DNA of 64,000 nucleotides from Chthoniobacterales bacterium. GTDB lineage: Bacteria > Verrucomicrobiota > Verrucomicrobiia > Chthoniobacterales > UBA10450. Position numbers and translations under genes: made by a program. Numbering within the stretch: the stretch's first letter is position 1; each line of letters opens with the position of its first letter. Positions 61,802-64,000 of this stretch are shown in pieces. The notes under the pieces were generated by a model that was not told the DNA's origin, ran no database searches, and worked only from the letters and a program-made list of their open reading frames with translations. Location of the stretch: the NCBI GenBank assembly GCA_038203615.1, contig JBBRDU010000001.1:14708-78707 (forward strand), read 5' to 3'.

Positions 61802-63090
61802 GGTTTTGTCTTTCTGCTTTTTATTTTTTGAATGATCGCGTTGATCAGATCGCGAATCGCGCCGAAGCGATCTCCTGATCGGCCGTGCAAAGCGAGGATA
61901 TAGGAGGAGAACAGGCGCGCGTCGTCCGGGTCCGGGTCGTCGAAATGCGGTCGCGCTTTGCCGCGGCGCAGCGCGACGACGTGCGGGAATGTCATTTCGA
62001 GCAAGCCCTCGTGGCCACGAGTGACGCCAAATCCACTCGCCCTTACGCCGCCAAAAGGCATGCGCGGATCGGCCGTCGGAACAATGAGATCATTGATGGT
62101 GACGAAGCCGCTCGTGATCCGCGCCGCCCATGCGCGCGCCTGCCTTACGTCCCGCGAGAAGATCGATACGCCGAGCGCGAAGTCCGCCGCCGAAACGCGC
62201 TCCAAGGCTGCCGGCACGTCTGGGACGCGCTCCACCGTTGGCGTTGGGACCCCGGCCTCCAACAAACGCGCGCGCAAATCGTCCGCGATGGAATCGACGA
62301 CGATGAGCCGTCGCGGCGCCATGCAGGTGTCGCCGCCATTCAAGCGCGCGCCAAAACGGAGCGCACCCATCACGAGGTCGAGATCGGCGTCCGCCAGAAC
62401 GAGCATGGCGTCCTCGCCGGACAGTTCCATGATGGCGGGAGTGTTCGTTGTCGCGAGTGTGGCAAGAACATCGCGTCCATTTTCGGACGATCCGGTGAAG
62501 ATTACCTTGTCCGGTCCTTCGGCAATGGCGCTTTGCGCCGCTTCGACGCTATGCGCTAGAACTGTGAGCAGCGCTGGATCGAGGCCGGCCGTGCGAGCGA
62601 GTTTGGCAAAGGCCAGGGCGACACCGCGCGTGCCCGGTGCCGGTTTCAACAGGACCGCATTTCCGGCAACCAGTGCCTGTAACGTCTGCACAGCTGGGAG
62701 AAAGAGGGGATAATTCCCTGGCCCAATCACGAGCACGACGCCGAAGGGTTGGCGCTGTACTTCGAACGACACGCCGCGCATCCACAACGGAGAGCCCATT
62801 CTTTCGCAACGTCGTGGAGCGAGGGCGCGGACCGCGCGTTGCGTCAGCCATCGGCAAGCATCGGCCAGGGGTAGCACTTCGGAGACAAGCTTCTCGGCGA
62901 CGGGGCGCTGGGCCACCGACGCAGCCTCCACCGCAAGGTCATGAGCGTGCGCAGCGATTAAGTAACGGAGTTCGCGAACGAAGTGCAATCGCTCGCCAAG
63001 CCGCCGTTGAGCCCACTGCGTCTGCGCCTGACGGGCTGCGACGAGATTCGCGCTGATCGTTTCGTTCCCTTGTTTGTTTCGATCGTGCAT
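61798..63090 (-). CDS. aldehyde dehydrogenase family protein
   Basis: ..FTGSSENGR.., ELSGED (catalytic Glu context), ..GGDTCMAP.. (catalytic Cys context). Start and stop are coupled to both neighbours. Confidence 0.8.
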   Translation of the reverse strand: MHDRNKQGNETISANLVAARQAQTQWAQRRLGERLHFVRELRYLIAAHAHDLAVEAASVAQRPVAEKLVSEVLPLADACRWLTQRAVRALAPRRCERMGSPLWMRGVSFEVQRQPFGVVLVIGPGNYPLFLPAVQTLQALVAGNAVLLKPAPGTRGVALAFAKLARTAGLDPALLTVLAHSVEAAQSAIAEGPDKVIFTGSSENGRDVLATLATTNTPAIMELSGEDAMLVLADADLDLVMGALRFGARLNGGDTCMAPRRLIVVDSIADDLRARLLEAGVPTPTVERVPDVPAALERVSAADFALGVSIFSRDVRQARAWAARITSGFVTINDLIVPTADPRMPFGGVRASGFGVTRGHEGLLEMTFPHVVALRRGKARPHFDDPDPDDARLFSSYILALHGRSGDRFGAIRDLINAIIQKIKSRKTKP

Positions 63091-64000
63091 CAGGCAACCT
63101 TCAGGTTCATGCGTGCGAGTTGCCGTGTCGCCGTCCGTTCCGCACTGGGCGAAAGACCGAGATCGGCGAGCAACAAACGCGAGCTGATTCGGGCAGATTC
63201 AAAAATAACCGGCAGACCGCTGCCCGGATGCGTGCCACCGCCGACGAGGTACATTCCGTCGCAGTCCTCGAAGCGGTTGTGCGGGCGCAGGTTCAGCATC
63301 TGGTCGAGGCTGTGCGCGAGATTGAAGGTCGCGCCCTGGTGAATTTCATATTTCTGATCCCAGTCGGCGGGAGTGATGATGCGTTCATAGCGGATGCGTT
63401 GCTCCACCTTGGTGAATCCGGCTTTGGCGATCTGCCTCAGGACGAGCGCGCGGAAACGCGCGGTCTCGCGGGACCAGTCCACGTTAGGATGCTGATGCGT
63501 CACCGGTGCAAGCACGTAGAGCGTGCTCATTCCGCGCGGAGCGAGGGTCGAATCGGTTACGCTTGCGTTTTGCACGTAGAACGATGGATCCGCCGAAAGG
63601 ACGTGCTGGTTTTCGATTTCGTCCAGGTTGCGCTCGTAGTCGGTAGCAATGTGGATGCTGTGATGCGGGAGATCGAAGGTTCCTTCGATGCCGAGATACA
63701 TCATGAAAGTCGAACAGGAGAATTTTTTGCGCGCGATCTTGCGATCAGTCCAACGCCGCCGTAGTCGATCCGGCACGAGCCGCGACATGGCGCGAGCGAA
63801 GTCCGCGTTCAGCACGATCGCGTCCGCCTTTTCCACGCCCGCCTTCGTGCGCACGCCGGCTGCGCGCCGGCCTTGGAAGAGGATTTCTTCGACCGGCTGG
63901 TCGAGGCAGATTTCGACGCCGAGCCGCTCCGCCACCCGCGCCATCGCAGCCGTCACCGCGGCGCAACCGCCGATGGGATGAAAGACGCCGTATTCGTATT
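63090..64000 (-). CDS. phytoene/dehydrosqualene desaturase family (CrtN/CrtI-like), C-terminal ~300 aa; 5' end outside the window
   Basis: The frame is open to the window edge (..EYGVFHPIGGCAAVTAAMARV..). C-terminal ..MYLVGGGTHPGSGLPVI. Confidence 0.85.
   Translation of the reverse strand, partial: YEYGVFHPIGGCAAVTAAMARVAERLGVEICLDQPVEEILFQGRRAAGVRTKAGVEKADAIVLNADFARAMSRLVPDRLRRRWTDRKIARKKFSCSTFMMYLGIEGTFDLPHHSIHIATDYERNLDEIENQHVLSADPSFYVQNASVTDSTLAPRGMSTLYVLAPVTHQHPNVDWSRETARFRALVLRQIAKAGFTKVEQRIRYERIITPADWDQKYEIHQGATFNLAHSLDQMLNLRPHNRFEDCDGMYLVGGGTHPGSGLPVIFESARISSRLLLADLGLSPSAERTATRQLARMNLKVA

Noticed and set aside
1-64000. A search by eye for tRNA, rRNA, tmRNA, RNase P RNA, riboswitch-like leaders and CRISPR arrays.
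   Set aside because: I found no T-arm-like GGTTCGAATCC-type sequences and no other conserved RNA signatures. This is a visual scan only. tRNAscan-SE and Infernal would be decisive.

Overview
This is a high-GC bacterial chromosomal segment. Gene content (PEGA-domain Ser/Thr kinase, DUF2891 and DUF1579 proteins, a giant Calx-beta surface protein) and many short interspersed hairpin repeats suggest a PVC-group, Verrucomicrobiota-like organism; this is inference, with no marker gene in the window.

Most of the window is housekeeping:
- treY (partial) and argS
- an orphan ptsN
- a PAP2 / ArnT-like / ArnC-like envelope operon
- the gap-pgk-tpiA operon
- aguA and mlaEFD
- korAB (2-oxoglutarate:ferredoxin oxidoreductase)
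- a LysR regulator
- a membrane-arm-only NADH dehydrogenase operon, nuoH-J-K-L-M-[ORF6N]-M-N, with two nuoM paralogs
- the 3' part of a C30-carotenoid glycoside-ester cluster (crtN-like, aldH, crtP-like, acyltransferase, GT2)

I saw no rRNA, tRNA or CRISPR array.

The accessory and unusual parts are:
1. An intact HUH/Y1 transposase gene fused to a DnaA-C-like HTH (17831-18820). It is bracketed by 32-bp inverted repeats. It sits in an insertion flanked by an 88-bp direct duplication that rebuilds the 5' end of a GH25 lysozyme gene.
2. The same ~25-nt repeat core recurs three times inside an A/T-richer, decaying restriction-modification island (about 37.3-43.5 kb). There it is part of a ~160-nt unit carrying a mini-ORF that looks to be under purifying selection. 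One copy is split by a 147-bp MITE.
3. A RAYT-type Y1 gene with one in-frame TAG, precisely bracketed by REP-hairpin doublets (2863-3555).
4. An ORF6N/KilA-N-type DNA-binding gene translationally coupled inside the nuo operon. It contains a perfect 17+17-bp palindrome.
5. A neighbourhood of cNMP-binding histidine kinase, MBL hydrolase, FHA-adenylate/guanylate cyclase and Ser/Thr kinase. It reads like one signalling circuit.

My best candidates for something undescribed are items 1 and 2 together, then item 4. All functional statements rest on motif recognition by eye; no searches were run.
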